From assembly GCF_963676685.1 (NCBI RefSeq), contig NC_092344.1, forward strand, positions 49,724,001 to 49,788,000: DNA of 64,000 nucleotides, given 5' to 3'. A program made the position numbers and the translations under genes. Source of the stretch: Mytilus edulis. Its lineage: Eukaryota. The notes below the pieces were generated by a model. It was given only the letters and a program-made list of their open reading frames with translations. It was not told where the DNA came from and ran no database searches. Positions within the stretch are counted from its first letter, which is position 1, and every line of letters begins with the position of its first letter. Positions 63,853 through 64,000 of this stretch are shown here, in pieces.

Positions 63853-63894
63853 CGACACTGATGAGTCTTATGCAGACGAAACGCGCGTCTGGCG
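63853..63894 (+). ncRNA. Hammerhead motif with intact core, in a partial retrozyme (about 63717-63929)
   Basis: cgaca-CTGATGA-gtct-tatgc-agac-GAAA-c-gcgc-g-TC^tggcg, with one stem I mismatch. Confidence 0.75.
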
Positions 63895-64000
63895 TACGTA
63901 ATTATAATCCTAGTACCTGTGATAACTATTTGATGTGATTAAGCTTTTGATTTTGCCATTTGATTAGGGACTTTTCATTTTGAATTTTCTTAGGAGTTAA

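Overview
AT-rich, repeat-dense eukaryotic DNA with GT-AG introns. The repeat families and gene types point to a bivalve mollusc, probably a Mytilus mussel; this is an inference, not a database match. (1) A five-member cluster of an unnamed secreted Ser/Gly/Arg-rich protein family. Copies C, D and E are intact three-exon genes (minus strand, 311, 333 and 335 aa). Copies A (+) and B (-) are pseudogenes. Each protein carries 2-3 modules with spacing C-x3-C-x5-C-x5-C-x4-C-x3-C, which looks like a WAP core missing one disulfide pair, separated by repeats with RR dibasic sites. (2) Two divergent multi-C2H2 zinc-finger genes between the two inverted pseudogenes. (3) A RING-less B-box/coiled-coil/beta-propeller TRIM-like gene. 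(4) Many minimal type I hammerhead ribozyme motifs from two retrozyme-like families. One is a complete 350-nt unit between two intact hammerheads, and both families share a second structured domain with compensatory base changes. (5) A 3.05-kb element with CAC ends, long TIRs and a 5-bp TSD (Transib-like). There are also Harbinger, Kolobok-like and TA-target MITEs, Helentron-type HINEs, and decayed Penelope and L2/CR1-type retroelements. All coordinates, alignments and base-pairings were worked out by eye; no searches were run.
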